A stretch of 64,000 bases of DNA from Botryllus schlosseri. Taxonomy: Eukaryota. The stretch is from NCBI GenBank assembly GCA_051294905.1, contig CM119371.1:33792001-33856000 (forward strand). The letters run 5' to 3'. A program made the translations under genes and the position numbers. This document shows, in pieces, positions 23,401 through 35,043 of this stretch. Each line of letters opens with the position of its first letter. The stretch's first letter is position 1. The notes under the pieces were generated by a model. That model worked only from the letters and a program-made list of their open reading frames with translations. It searched no databases and had not been told where the DNA came from.

Positions 23401-26400
23401 ATCCCCCCCAATCATACCTATGTATTTTCTGTCCCCTGTATCATTGAAAGTATCATTAAAGCGAGGCGTTCAAAAATAACGAGTAAGTGTTAGGGTTAGC
23501 TTAGGTCAGTGGTTCTCAACCGGATGGGGGGGGGGGGAGGCTCTCGGGCGGTGCGCGAGAAATTGACAAAGTCTGTATGAATTCTGACTAAACGTGTGTT
23601 TCACAACCATTCTGAGAAGACGATTGTTGAAGATGAAACTTATTTCGTATTCAAGAAAGCTCGCCAAATTCAAACTCCAGCAGTCGCGCTCAATCGAGGA
23701 TAGGCTTATTACAACTTCATTTAAGCAAATTTTTGATATTCTTTGAAGATTTAGAGCAATTCCCACGTGTAAGTCATTCATTAATTCATAGCTTTGGCAG
23801 TAGCTGTTGTTAATAGCTGGCGAGCTGCACTGCCTAAGACAGACTTAGATGAATATAGGTTGCCCGGTTCGCCCTCAATTAGGCTACCCTAAATCAACAC
23901 AATGTAAATCAATTCCAAAACTGATCAAATTTAACATGGCAGTGCAGAGCGACACCGTGCTCTCTGTAGTCACCACCAGCATTAGGATGAGTCTCACTGC
24001 AACCTACCTTGAACTAAATTGATGTCCTGTTCAATGTTTTTTTTGCTATTTTCAAACAAGTTTGTGGAAATTTGTCAGAAATGATCAAGACTCAACAAAT
24101 CGAATGCGGATATAAACTTGCGTAAGACATACCCTATGTATGCTATTAGATCAGGAATGGGCAACATGTGGCCGTTGAAGGGAATTTGTGCGGCCGTCCA
24201 CACCTAATTGAATTAGTATTTGCTGGCGGCCGTCGACGTGCAAATGGAAATTACGAATTCACTCCCAAATTTATTAAGAGATTTTAACTAACCTTGGGTG
24301 GCGCGCAATTTTTTGACCATCGTTAAGGAGGGCGCATGTCCAAAAAGAGAACCGCTGGCATTCGGTCATTCTGAATGAATCGCTATCGTGACATTCGCTA
24401 TTTCAAATGCTGGCTATTATGACAATAGTTGCTAATATCACTCCACGTATGAGTGCTGTGGTGATGAACCTCGTCACGAAAAGGTTTTCTTTGTTCTGGA
24501 GCACTCCAAAAATTGTGCTATTAGCCCCGGTTGCATCTAAGTTGGTTTACTATGAATATTGACTATACAATGCGCCTTCCGTTTCCCCACACTAAATAAT
24601 TGGAAATAGCTGAAATAGAGCATAGCCTACTACGTTTGGTGATCCACATACCCAGACAAATCTACAGTAATGCGTATGAGCGAGGCTAGTGACAAACACA
24701 GTGTGGATTGATAATGTTATTAATATTCAAGATACCAGAAGTGCGTCAGGAATTGTCGAAGAATACCACCTTGGTACCAAATATTGTTCACTACATATGG
24801 TTCAATTGTCGCAAATTCAAATTCCACCATTTCCTCAGGCAAGTTTAAATATATAATATTCATTTTTAGTTCGTGTGATGATGATATTTTGTAGTGCTGG
24901 CCAATAGGTAATTAATGCGACATTATCGCTGTCCTGCCGGCTCCCGGATTTGGTAATGTTGGTGTTCTCGATTCGGACACAACTATGTTACTAGTCATAA
25001 CCTCTCTGGGTTCAATGGGCCGAGAGAACTTGCATCTCAAATAGCTTCCACCGCGGTCACGATGGGGCCAACCATCATAGTTTTTCGGAGTCGATGTCAA
25101 ACTGGAACTTCGTTACATTGATACGCAGGATGTTTAAAGCCCTTCATTCAGGCAGTCTATTGTAAAGTGTGGTATCGGTTGTGTACGTTAGAATAATTAG
25201 ATAATGAATATCGCCAGCATACAATGTGGCAATGAACTCTGTGATTTCCATGTTGTCATTTGCATTACCCATAATATGAAAAGGATCGGACTGCGCCTCG
25301 AGAGTACACCGCTAGTTAGCTGTTAGGATTAGGATAAAGCTTTAGCATCGGCTGACGACGAGATTCATTCCGAACTCTGTGCCCACCATTGCAATAAAAT
25401 GGATGTTATTTTCGGAATATTTATGCATTTCATTGTTTTCTTTAGCTTCAAGAGTGTGCTTGACATCCATAAACCCAGATTGATACTAATACACGCTGAC
25501 TGCCCGCCCGATGGGCCGCATTTCGAGAAGTTGGTGCAGCTCGCCGGACCTAAGCTGAAAATAATAAAACGATCACAGCCGACGGACGTTTGGGGTATCA
25601 AGGTTCAGGTATAAGGTAACTTTCCATTCTGCAGCGTACCTCTACCATAGTCACTACGGTCTCCATTAGGCGGCAAATTTGAGACTCGTAATATCGATAT
25701 CGATATATGATTATGTATATAGCCCATCATATCAATGTATCCGGGCCTGTTTATACAAGCCGATAGCTTTTATATAATATTGACATCTGTCAAATCTTCG
25801 AAAGACTGGTCCATCTTACGAATTATCCGCCCATTGGTGCTGAATTTCTATGGACCCGTCTTCAGAGAAAATATTATATTCGATTAAATTAGATTTATCA
25901 TCGAATATTGTTTATTTAGGCTCAGATCCGCGCCAATTTCTCCTGGCGTGGATTTTTCAAACAGCTGAATCTCTTGACCCATATTTAAGTTTCATTTCAT
26001 CATCATCATAACAGCACGTGAATCATTTCACTGCCTCTTTTTTCAGGGAATCGAACACAGAGCGGACGTTGCTCGCATGCAAATCTTGCTCCACGTCGGC
26101 GGGATATACCTTGACACTGACATAGTAGTCTTGAAGTCACTGGAACCGTTGATGAACTACCCACTCGTGCTAGGATCAGAGATACCTGAAGCGTTGGGTA
26201 GGTTAACTTGCCGACCGAGGAAATAATTCTTTTTGACTCCTAATGATCATAATTTTCATTCATTCGTCTATTTAGAATATCCAAAACTACATATGATTAC
26301 GATAAAATGAAAATATAGGAAGGGGTGGAAAGTTGATTATAGTCTTTCAATCAGACACCTACCTTGACCTAATTAAATGTAATTAAGATGCACGCACACC

Positions 26401-28093
26401 GAATGAAAGGAAACAGGAGTTAACATAAAAATGGGCCTCCATGTGTTATACTATCAAACTTTATACGTATTAGTAGATAGCAAAAATAAATTCCAGTAGG
26501 TTGCCACGTATGATTTATCATATCTTTATTCACTCTAATGCCATTCCTGTCGACTACGGATTGTCTCTCCGTGTGCGGTTTTGAATCGATGGAATTGATG
26601 AATGAATTTACCTTATTGTACATGTGCAGACATACTTCGGCAGATCATTATGTGCATTACAGACAGTCACGAACGAGTCATTACCGCGTACTTCGTACAG
26701 GAAACAACATTCGAATCAATATTCTCTCTTTTTTCTTATTCCAGCGAACGGCGTTATTCTTGTATCAAAGCACTCTTGGTTCTTGAAGCGTTGGTATCAA
26801 GAATATAAATTCTTCGACGATCAGAAGTAAGTTAGTTGACTTCGTTCAGAGACTTGAAAAATATAGTGCAAATACATACCGCCAAAATGCAATAACAAAG
26901 GTCTCGTTGTGACCAAAAGAATCCACAAATAAGACTTCAAATCATGTAGGTTATATAGATTGCCATCCACAAACTTTAGCAGTGGAGCCAGGTGAGATTG
27001 TTCCTAAGCTCGACCGAACACAACAAGTCGCCTGGAATCCCCGTATTTTTTCCAGATTTTCATGACCAATAGTATTAGTTGTGGTCGGGATAGCTGTCAA
27101 AGCTATTCAGCGACCCAATTCTAGAATCCACTCCCTCAACTGTAATTACCCGACAGTCCATCAGGGTGGTAACCAAGTCTCAAGGTCCGAGTCACAGGTC
27201 AATATTACTTCTGGTCGAGTCACTTTGAATTCACCACCGAGTCAAATAAGAGTCCAGGTCAGGGAACTAAGGGTCGAGTCCTCAGTCATAGTATTGAGAC
27301 TCGAGTCTATATCGAGTTCAAATCAGGTTCGACGCACTTTTGAAAAGCTATTAGTTGATATTGAAAGCCCCGCATTCATAATATACTCATTTTTCACATA
27401 TACTCACCCTTAATATGCATATTCAAACAGATAAAAGACAGTTCCTGGGCATGTTTTTAAAGTATAGGTCCAGATACACGTAACTTGGATCAGGTCATGT
27501 AGAATTTCTCCAGTCATGTGACAATGAACAATAACTCGAGTACGAGTCGAGTATACGAATACTCTCGAGTCATTTTAACCACTCGCAGTTCCCCTTAATT
27601 GTGATAAGCTACGACTCCAATCACTCTGACTTCTTAACGGACGCTTTCATAAAATAAAAAACAGATGGAGCGTTCATTCTTGTTACGTTCCTTGGGCATT
27701 GTCGAAGTTATTTCCCGACCTCATCCACATTGAGTGGGACACCTTCATTCGTCCTAACGTACAGGAGCTCGCGCTGCTTTATCACGAAGTTTGGGATTGG
27801 ACCAGCAACTTCGTCATCCATCTTTATTCGAGGTCTGGTGATATACGATCTTCTTTCCGTAAATGATAGACGGTATGATGTATGAGTTATGTCGTTGATG
27901 AAGGGAGAAATCATAACTATGGCTAGTGCTGAATTCTCCCGTCTATTCAATGGTCAGGTACATGAAAAGCTGGGACGGGCAGGAAGAACGTCCGCTTCGA
28001 GAGTTCGCCGTACTCAATACGACTTACGGGGAGATCGTACGTCTGGTGTTATGGGGAGACCCTAAACCCCGCGATGTCACGGAATGGCTCTAA
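5257..28093 (+). CDS. Spliced gene: DxD-motif GT32 / alpha-1,4-glycosyltransferase-like type II membrane protein, ~427 aa; exons 5257-5420, 16193-16505, 24732-24838, 25446-25608, 26047-26197, 26745-26826, 27665-27832, 27958-28093
   Basis: Joined exons total 1284 nt (428 codons) with consistent phases and no internal stop. Motifs VPNIVHYIWF, HRADVARMQILLHVGGIYLDTD, ANGVIL..SWFLKRWYQEY and W..HS are typical of GT32. Confidence 0.88.
6830..7104. mobile_element. Partial relative of the 3063-3681 palindromic family
   Basis: Similar arm sequence ending TTTTTGAAGAGCCCTA. Confidence 0.6.
7529..8560 (+). mobile_element. Old CAGTGGTTCT-type hAT family copy
   Basis: Similar to 19000-19510 (same orientation) and 12742-13609 (inverted). 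Confidence 0.6.
8760..9579. mobile_element. Non-autonomous hAT (Buster/Charlie-type)
   Basis: TIR CAGTGGTTCTCAACC; TSD CTATAATA; same family as 36101-37467. Confidence 0.9.
9592..9724 (-). repeat. 3' LTR (133 bp)
   Basis: Direct repeat of 12601-12736 with 3 substitutions and one 3-bp indel; preceded by the PPT on the - strand. Confidence 0.93.
9908..12546 (-). pseudogene. pol: Disrupted pol remnant (RNase H, integrase zinc finger and core, C-terminus)
   Basis: LGAVLMQ..PVAYASRSLTETERRYAQIEKEALA..VETDHQPL; LHDAHQG..CEKC; PWSRVGADFF..VDYYS..SPRYPQGNSEAER. Stops at 10924 and 10300 and a hAT insertion break the frame. Confidence 0.92.
11061..11958. mobile_element. Non-autonomous hAT element inserted in pol
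   Basis: TIR CAGGCCGTGTTA/TAACACGGCCTG; perfect 8-bp TSD GTCATAAG; removal restores ...FSTYD|GLLLKGNRLVIP. Confidence 0.93.
12546..12600 (+). other. 55-nt 3' fragment of mature tRNA-Leu(TAG), including CCA, at the PBS position
   Basis: GTTTTAGGCACCAG TCATTTCGATGGC ATGGGTTCGAATCCCAC CGCCGCCA CCA gives anticodon loop, long variable arm, T arm, acceptor strand and CCA. Confidence 0.85.
12601..12736 (-). repeat. 5' LTR (136 bp)
   Basis: TGTAGT..ACTACA termini; followed on the - strand by a TGG-initiated PBS. Confidence 0.93.
12742..13609 (-). mobile_element. Old hAT family copy, inverted relative of 7529-8560
   Basis: Collinear reverse-complement similarity; ends GGTTAAGAAACACT. Confidence 0.55.
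13619..14972. mobile_element. Non-autonomous hAT with TCGCCCCC subterminal repeats
   Basis: TIR CAGTGGTT; perfect TSD GTTTAGGG; shorter relative at ~30530-30872. Confidence 0.88.
15199..15689. mobile_element. Solo LTR (491 bp)
   Basis: Termini TGTAGCCGC/GCGGCTACA; perfect 5-bp TSD TACAC (15194-15198, 15690-15694); no coding content. Confidence 0.75.
16193..16505 (+). CDS. GT32 gene coding exon 2 (stem region)
   Basis: ctctttccag acceptor, open frame PQNVVTLLL...PTLTPFK, donor AAG|gtaat. Confidence 0.8.
17154..18962. mobile_element. hAT MITE with TCGAGTA repeats, middle element of the nest
   Basis: Flanked by a duplicated ATGGTAAC (17146-17153, 18963-18970) taken from the host TIR; relatives at ~1599-4440 and 34470-34850. 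Confidence 0.8.
17521..18811. mobile_element. hAT element with TACT/AGTA subterminal repeats, inner element of the nest
   Basis: TIR CAGAG(G/T)TGGTCA; perfect TSD ATCAAAAC; inverted full-length relative at 44130-45319. Confidence 0.9.
19851..20159. mobile_element. ~300-bp CAGTGGTTCTCAAAC MITE
   Basis: Both TIRs present; same family as 33386-33687. Confidence 0.75.
20506..21585. mobile_element. hAT element with GACTT/GACTC subterminal arrays
   Basis: TIR CAGTGTTGGGAT; perfect TSD ATATATAG; partial relative at ~58620-59061. Confidence 0.92.
21436..22874. repeat. Tandem duplication, 2 x 718 bp with a 3-nt junction
   Basis: 21436-22153 and 22157-22874 appear identical (offset 721). Confidence 0.93.
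23507..24357. mobile_element. CAGTGGTTCTCAACC hAT family copy
   Basis: Both TIRs present; collinear with 53903-55200. Confidence 0.78.
24732..24838 (+). CDS. GT32 gene coding exon 3
   Basis: IPEVRQELSKNTTLVPNIVHYIWFNCRKFKFHHFLS; ends at a GC donor, AG|gcaagt. Confidence 0.85.
25446..25608 (+). CDS. GT32 gene coding exon 4
   Basis: ttctttag acceptor; FKSVLDIHKPRLILIHADCPPDGPHF...WGIKVQ; donor CAG|gtataa. Confidence 0.88.
26047..26197 (+). CDS. GT32 gene coding exon 5 (DxD motif)
   Basis: GIEHRADVARMQILLHVGGIYLDTDIVVLKSLEPL; DTD at 26113-26121; canonical splice sites. Confidence 0.92.
26745..26826 (+). CDS. GT32 gene coding exon 6
   Basis: NGVILVSKHSWFLKRWYQEYKFFDDQ; ttccag acceptor, gtaagt donor. 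Confidence 0.9.
27162..27590. mobile_element. GAGTC-repeat MITE (CAGGGT.GTAA ends)
   Basis: Shared ends and repeats with ~29125-29265, 46508-46700, 51978-52482 and 63460-63583. Confidence 0.65.
27665..27832 (+). CDS. GT32 gene coding exon 7
   Basis: WSVHSCYVPWALSKLFPDLIHIE...WDWTSNFVIHLYS; phase 2 at both ends. Confidence 0.87.
27958..28093 (+). CDS. GT32 gene last coding exon
   Basis: YMKSWDGQEERPLREFAVLNTTYGEIVRLVLWGDPKPRDVTEWL*; TAA at 28091-28093. Confidence 0.85.
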
Positions 28094-28678
28094 AGGACGA
28101 CTCGCGGGTGATCGAGGTATAGTAATTTTCAGAGGTGGTCGCAAAACATTTATCGTTGCTACTCATGTACAAGTACAAGTAGGATTACTGATTCCCAAGA
28201 TAAGCCAAGTGGAAGTCCAGAATTAAAGTCTGTCTGAAAAGTACTCAAGATAAAAGTTTCGTAAAATAGATTCGTTCGAGTGTCGCATACTTTAAGCAGT
28301 TAATCGGAGCTCACTAAATCACACTCCATCTTTGCGCCTAACCCAAAATGAATAATATAACCATGAATAGGCGCAACTTGTGAAGATAAAGTTAATAATT
28401 GTGCTGCATGGGCACTTTTCCCAAATACTCTGACAGTTTCACTCATAAAGCTAATGCAGACATGTCTCCAAGCTACTTTCTACTTCACAGATTCCACAAC
28501 ATAGAAAGTAAATAGATTTCTTAAATAATAGTTGAGTAAAAGTTGAAGTAGTCTGTCATAACCTCGCGATTGGGCAATTTAAGTTGGTAAACCCTAGTTG
28601 ATTGCCGTTATCTGAAAATGTTGGTGTACTTCATTACTGACCAAGGCCACTCTTGGGTATATGTTAGTCGATTCTATG

Positions 28679-28688
28679 AATAAATAAA
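28679..28688 (+). terminator. Candidate polyadenylation signal of the GT32 gene
   Basis: Overlapping AATAAATAAA about 590 nt after the stop, followed by a T-rich tract. Confidence 0.45.
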
Positions 28689-29631
28689 TGTTTCTTTTGC
28701 TATATACAGCATGAAAACCATGTATGCTTGCACGGTTGTGTACTTTTGAGGAGCAGAGGGCAGGCGGCAATTCTCGGCGGTATCAATGGTTCATTTGTGG
28801 GTTCACGCCACATATAAAGCGACTTCGAGTGCGTCAATGTCACAAGTACTGTTCATTAACGTTACACGATGGCAAACGTGTTCGTTGGGTGGTTTTATAT
28901 AGTTTTACATACGTGTGTTGAACTTTCTTATCAATTTAATTGTCAATTCAATATCAATAACGAATTCCTGTGTATTCTTGAAAACTCGTTCTGTCCGTGT
29001 CTTCATTATATCTCCCTCGTATTTTCAGTTGAAATTTAACTCAGTGTGACGACATAATTAGATATACAGATTGCGGTTGGACAATTCGTGTTATAGCACA
29101 GCGTCAGGTCGAAAAGCTTCTGGAAGGGTTGTAACCAAGTCACAAGGTTCCGAGTCACAAATTCACTCGAGTCTAGTCATTTTACGCATTTGAAAAAATG
29201 GCTCGAGTCAAGTCGACTCATAAAAAAATCCTGACATGAATCGGATTCGAGTCAGTGCAACCCTGGCTTCTGGTAATGAATATCAATATATATTAGTCAG
29301 CTGTATCAGTAAGTTCTGTACTCCTCTACGCGTATCTTAATGCTGGTCTATACATGTTTGAAATGCTGCCATGACATTTAGGATGTCGAACATGTATACT
29401 GATGATTCTTATTCCTGCAATAATATAACGAATGGATAACAAAATACAGGAACTATCAACAACGTGAGTAATCAGTTTCAGTACAAAGACGCCTCGCTTC
29501 TCTGGTGAGATTTGAAAATCTCGTTTCGTAAACGCCCTCGGGCGACTGAGTCTCCAAGATTTCGAATAAAGCTCAGATATCGACTAGTAGTCGGCAACTG
29601 TCACTGTCACCAATGTCGGGTTTAATTGGCA

Positions 29632-30522
29632 TTAGGGATGGTGTGAACCTCTAAAAGGTTCAGGTTCGTGTGAACGCCAACATTTTTGAAAGGTTCTGTG
29701 TGAACGCGAACGTGAACCTCGTGACGTCACGTGACGTCATATTGCTAATTCCAACTCTACATTTCAGTGAAGTGATAGCCTATATTAATGTACACGACCC
29801 TAGCGACGACTGGGGCTACATAATTTCGCAATGCTGAAGTACATATTGACGTTTTAAATCTCGCCAAATGTATCAACGAGGGCAATCAAATGATATAATA
29901 TTCCCATGAAATCAATATCTTCCGTGACTTTGCCAACAATTTTGACGAGGATTTGCAAGGGAATATAAGCTTACGCCTTAACAGTCTACGTCAGACCGGA
30001 CAATCTATTCAGCGCCTGAGTATTGCTATGTTGATATTTAGCAGAGTGTAAAACGGGTTTCTGTACTTGCTACCAATTACCCCTTTAACAAGTTATAGAC
30101 CTACAGCAGTAGCCAATACCCCAATCGCACGGGTTTGTTTTTTATGATATGATAAACATACTAAATCAAGATTGACCCCGTACGCATTTGCTAGACATTT
30201 TACATCAGACAACGATATCAATTTCATTGATTGGTTGAACATTGAATCGCTCTTGATGTTGTGTGATTGCTGGTCAAGCTCACAGCAGAGAGTCACTAAA
30301 TATATTTACAAACGGAAAAATGGATATTCCGAGCAAACTTTTGTAACAAAGCAAGTAAAATGTTTGAGATTGTCAAGGTGCATGCTCGTTTAGTGTATAT
30401 TTTTTATGCTGCCAGCGCCATGCATAGAGTGGCCCGCAGTTGAAATGCGATAAATCTCCACTAAAGATGTTATAATGAAGCGAAAATTGCAATATATGAA
30501 AAAGGTTCACAGTGCACAACCT
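29632..30522. mobile_element. Degenerate TAGGGATG-type MITE
   Basis: TAGGGATGGTGTGAACC left end, GTGAAC repeats, complementary GGTTCAC..CAACCT right end. Confidence 0.5.
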
Positions 30523-31344
30523 ACCCTTTTCAAGCTCAACGCCGATCATCGCCCCCCAAATTTTGTGAATCGAAAAATCGGTATACAAACTGTAATCACC
30601 GGCGGGTTGACTAAAAAAAAAAAAAAATAAAGGACAACTTTTCCGTTCGATTTCGAATTTTACACTTTTGCAACTGAATTTTCGTGGGTCGACTAAAAAA
30701 AAAGGTCATTTCTCCGACTTGACTCCAGTATAGCCGTTCATCGCCCCCGCTATCGCCCCCTTCGCTATTTTCGCCCCCTGTCGCCCCCTTTGTCCATTTT
30801 CGCCCCCCCTGTGACCCCCTTCGTCATTTTCGCCCCCCTAGACCGCCAAATCGCCCACGTTGGGAACCACTGGTACAGACTGTTCAAGTGTTCAGTGTTC
30901 GTTCAGTGCCCACCTTAACGAACCATTGGTATGACTTGAATCGGACGGATTATGGCGCGCGGGTTCGGCTGTCTACTCCGAGTTAACACGCTCCCTCTTG
31001 CTAGGATCCGCAACAGAGAGTCAACATTAAGTCGACCTGAACTTTTGTTCTTCAACAAAACACATCGACAGGGCAATTGCAGTCATGAATAACACAGCAG
31101 CATCAGCTGATCTGTGGTAAAATATCATGCTGGTCCAGCGCCGCTGAATCGCCGGCTACAATATAAAGGCGAGCCCGCATCAGACGACGGTTTCCCATGA
31201 GACTCGGATTTCCGCACGACCGACGCCAATGATTATTAAGCAATCGAATTCGGAAATAGCGGAGCAGCATCAGTCGTTCCTTGGTATAAGATCGCGCAGG
31301 TGCGGCGCCGCTGAATCGCCTGCTACAAAGGCGGCTACAAAGTT

Positions 31345-31690
31345 ATTTCAGTTTTTATTCGATAATTATGGGATTATCCGTGATCGGTGGATAATTCAAG
31401 AATTATCATCGTAAAACTGGCATAACTCCGCTTCTACGGCTTGGAATTGAGTCAAATTTGTTTTGCATAGTTTTGAAGACAGACCAACAATTTCATGGGG
31501 TTGGCGGAAGAATTTAAAAATTTTTTTTTGCGTTTTCGGGCAAATTCAAAATTTTCAAACTCTACGTAACCCGCGAATAGTGGTTGGAATGAATTCAAAT
31601 TTGGTGTACGTCGTTTTTTAAGGCAACCCAACAATTTAATTACGTAGGCAACAAGATTCAGGAAAAAAAGGTTATTTTTGAGCAGCCCTG
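31345..31690. mobile_element. Single-arm copy of the 3063-3681 palindromic family
   Basis: High similarity to 3335-3681. Confidence 0.8.
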
Positions 31691-32019
31691 TACATTTTAC
31701 ATTTTGTGACCTGGGTCATGGTCATGCCTGGATGCAATGGGGTTTACATGCCGTCAATAATATTATTCGGTGTTAGGCGAGTAACGGAGCTGAATATTGT
31801 GTCCCGAACGAATATCTCGCAAGTTATTGTTAGTTGTGGTGTTGATGGTGTTTGTCGACTACTATGCTCATTTACACAAGGCCAATTTTCATCATTATAT
31901 TCCGTAGCTGCCGACTTGTTGCACGGCCCAGTTCTAGGCTTTTATAAGACACCGCTTACACGGATGAGATGGCGAGAACGAACCGAGATAAACCACCAAC
32001 AGGTAGAAATTCTGGAATC

Positions 32020-32093
32020 GACATCGGTCGGACTCAAACCCGCAATCCATATTGGTGTTGCAGCTGTGGATTATACCACTACGCTATCCCGCC
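32020..32093 (-). repeat. Degenerate tRNA-like head, probable SINE
   Basis: A-box-like TAGCGTAGTGGT and B-box-like GGTTTGAGTCC at tRNA spacing; no clean cloverleaf. Confidence 0.4.
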
Positions 32094-33385
32094 ACACATC
32101 TTGCAAGTCTCTCAATCCGACTTCCTATCGAGGCATGGTTTACGAAGTTCATAGTCTTTCCTTGCTTTGGTGGTATCAAATTGAGTCAACCCCGTGGTAT
32201 ATGGGAAGTGCATAACACCTTCGTACAGCATAAACACGCTTATTTATTGAATTGTTGGATCTTTGCAAGGATTCGGAGAATTATCGAGAAACTGTCCAGT
32301 GTCCATTGATGGTCAAATGTGAACAGAATATATTCCCATCCTGATATTGAATTCAGAACTGGAAATGGGATCCGGTGAGGATCTGTAACGGATTTGATGG
32401 ATACGTATTGAACTTTGATCCCTAAAACCGTGAGCCATACGTTTGTGATATGTGTAGGGATTGCGATAATACGACATTGAGAATGCTTGCATTTGTGTTC
32501 GTTCAGAAGTTTTCCTTTTTAATGTAAAATAATAATTTATGGGCAACCACATTGATATCGATTATCGCGTCGGTGATCCGGCGTGTTTGGATGTCACCAT
32601 TATCAACTCCGAAGGTAGAAAATAGCATAAGAAGATGGGTCCCGCCACGTTTTCATTCGAACCTGCTGTGTATTTGCTAGACTGTTTGCTACGTCAAAGT
32701 GCCTATCATATTGAAAAAATTTAGCTCCCCTGAAATTTCTGTGAGTTTCATCAGTAGTATAGACGCGTCGTAGTGATGTGCTATTATAATAAATGAACAA
32801 AGACACCGGAAATTCAAAAAAGCAGCATTTTGAGGTGCGTCGTGCGCAAAAAGCGGAATGTATCGTTTCGTGAAATTTAATAAATAAACCAAACACCGGA
32901 ACTTCAGAAAAGCGTGCTGTGTTGCTTCGTGGTACGCGAGCTGTGTAATTTCGTCGAACTAATGATCCAGTGTATGGCGTTGTTTCGGCCACAATAAATC
33001 TTAACTGGTGTGAATATCCGTGCATATGGCTGATTTGTCACGTGCGGATTTTGAAACAGGTGTTCGAAGCGCGAAGTGACCTACATATTCTGTGCAACAA
33101 ATGACTCCGGCATACTGTCGAGTTACAAATACAACTATACCTCAATTCTACGCATACAGAGAACGAATCTACAGAAGACACGCGCGAATCGTTTTTTATA
33201 AGCACGCCACTGAAATAATTAAAACTTGAGTGGCCAATCTGAAATCACAGTGAAACGAGTTATGTCTAACTCGTTTAGAATTTCTGTGATGTTTAGCAGT
33301 TGAGAGCTGTCAAATTGCGTGGGCCTTGGGATCGGGCTGTTGCACCAGAAATTAAAAATATTATAGGTAAGTATTTACCTTAGAA

Positions 33386-33687
33386 CAGTGGTTTTCAAAC
33401 TTTTTAAGACACGCCCCCCCCCCTTATGGTGGTGAAAGATTTCGCGTCCCCTTATCGTCATATCACAAAACGCATCTAGGATGCTAGCAAAAGTAAAGGA
33501 TAGTTTGATGGCATGGAAGGTTACGACTGTAGATGAGAGATTTTTAAATACGAAATTCAGACTAAATACAGAGCAATAATAATGAAATGGACGTAAATCG
33601 CGCCGTGCGCGAAAAAAAATTCAGTTGAGCTCAGCTTCGCGCCCCTTCAGATGTTTTCACGCCCCCTACCCAGTTTGAGAACCACCG
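33386..33687. mobile_element. ~300-bp hAT MITE
   Basis: TIR CAGTGGTT; perfect TSD CCTTAGAA. Confidence 0.87.
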
Positions 33688-34899
33688 CCTTAGAATTCTC
33701 ATGGTGAAATATACTAAGAAAAATTTTAATCTAGTACCTACATTAATTCGATCGTTAGTATGCATGTTATCAATGTTTTTGATAAGTTTCTTTAGACTCT
33801 CGCGGGCCACACAGAACGGTGTTGCGGGCCGCATGCGACCCGCTGTCCGTAGTTTGCCCACCCCTGGTATAAGGAGACATTGTCGCAGACTTGGACAACT
33901 AGGTAATTCCAGTTCTCCAATTGGACTAATTAGAGAACTGTAATTACTAACACTGTAAAAAGTAACCTCGATTTACCGCGAAATGTTTGGAAGCACGGTA
34001 GCCAAACATTTCGCGGCAATGTAACATTACCGTCAGTCAATGTAAATTCAACTTACACTCGTCCGGAAATCTCACTTAACACGCCAGAGTGTAATGTTAC
34101 AGTCACCTCCGGTATATCCAATCTACATGTACTCCTGTACATTTGCAATGAACTTAAAAATACAACCAGTTTTTATCACTCAGGTCAAGTTTTTTCTTCA
34201 TCACATATCCAATTATGCTATAGCTTTGGTCATCATTGAGCACAAAGATACTAATTTCTTGGTAGCTTAGTTGGTCATGCATGTTGTCAATTTTTGCAAT
34301 ATGGTATTTTTATTTGAATTCGAGGTTTTTGCAATGACATCCGTTTTAAATACTATAAAAACATAACAACAGAGTTGAAATATAGGCACTCACAACTAAA
34401 CAAGAAAGCATAATTTTGTTTAATGGCGCTCAACCTAATAGATAACGGTAGAAGTTGATATGTTGCACTTAGGGCTGGCCACAATGATTCGAGTACTTGA
34501 ATCTGAATCGAGTATTAATTTTCATGATTTGAGTCGAGTAGAAAAAGACGATTTTCGGGTACTGAGATTACACGCTCCTCGCCACTAAAAGTGACTTTTT
34601 CAACGAGAATTATAGTTTCGATACTACTTCCCCTGTGAAAGCCTTGAAACCTTGATTAGCCATATCTCAGCAGGCGCAACATATAATACAGAGCTACTAA
34701 CATTACTCGAAATACCACATTTCCGAAGTCGCGATCATTCCACAACATTGTCAGAAAGTGCAATGAAATCGAAAATACCAAAACATCTTCAATGTATGGA
34801 TAACACGCATTATATTCTTTGTAGAGGCCGAAAAGGTACATATTTGATGTGACATATTACATTATGTTATGACGTTGGTTAAACGTGCATGATCCAAAA

Positions 34900-35043
34900 C
34901 TATGTGCCGGCGGCAGGGATTCTTTCTGACGACATGTCCCGATATCGCCACAGTTGCGATTTGGAATCATCGCACGGTAGGAGTTGAACTGTATTGGAAA
35001 CCGCCTGCAAGCATTTCCCTGATGAATGTCGGATGTTTCCCGT
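34900..35043 (-). CDS. GALNT: GALNT last coding exon (lectin gamma repeat)
   Basis: TGNIRHSSGKCLQ...LLPCDDSKSQLWRY...*. Confidence 0.88.
   Translation of the reverse strand, partial: TGNIRHSSGKCLQAVSNTVQLLPCDDSKSQLWRYRDMSSERIPAAGT

Noticed and set aside
28720..29068. Possible solo LTR (TATA-like box, ..TACA end)
   Set aside because: I could not find a matching TSD or a convincing left terminus.
31706..32215. 169-aa ORF in the intergenic region
   Set aside because: Non-ATG start, no recognisable domain or splice pattern, and it overlaps a SINE-like head on the other strand.
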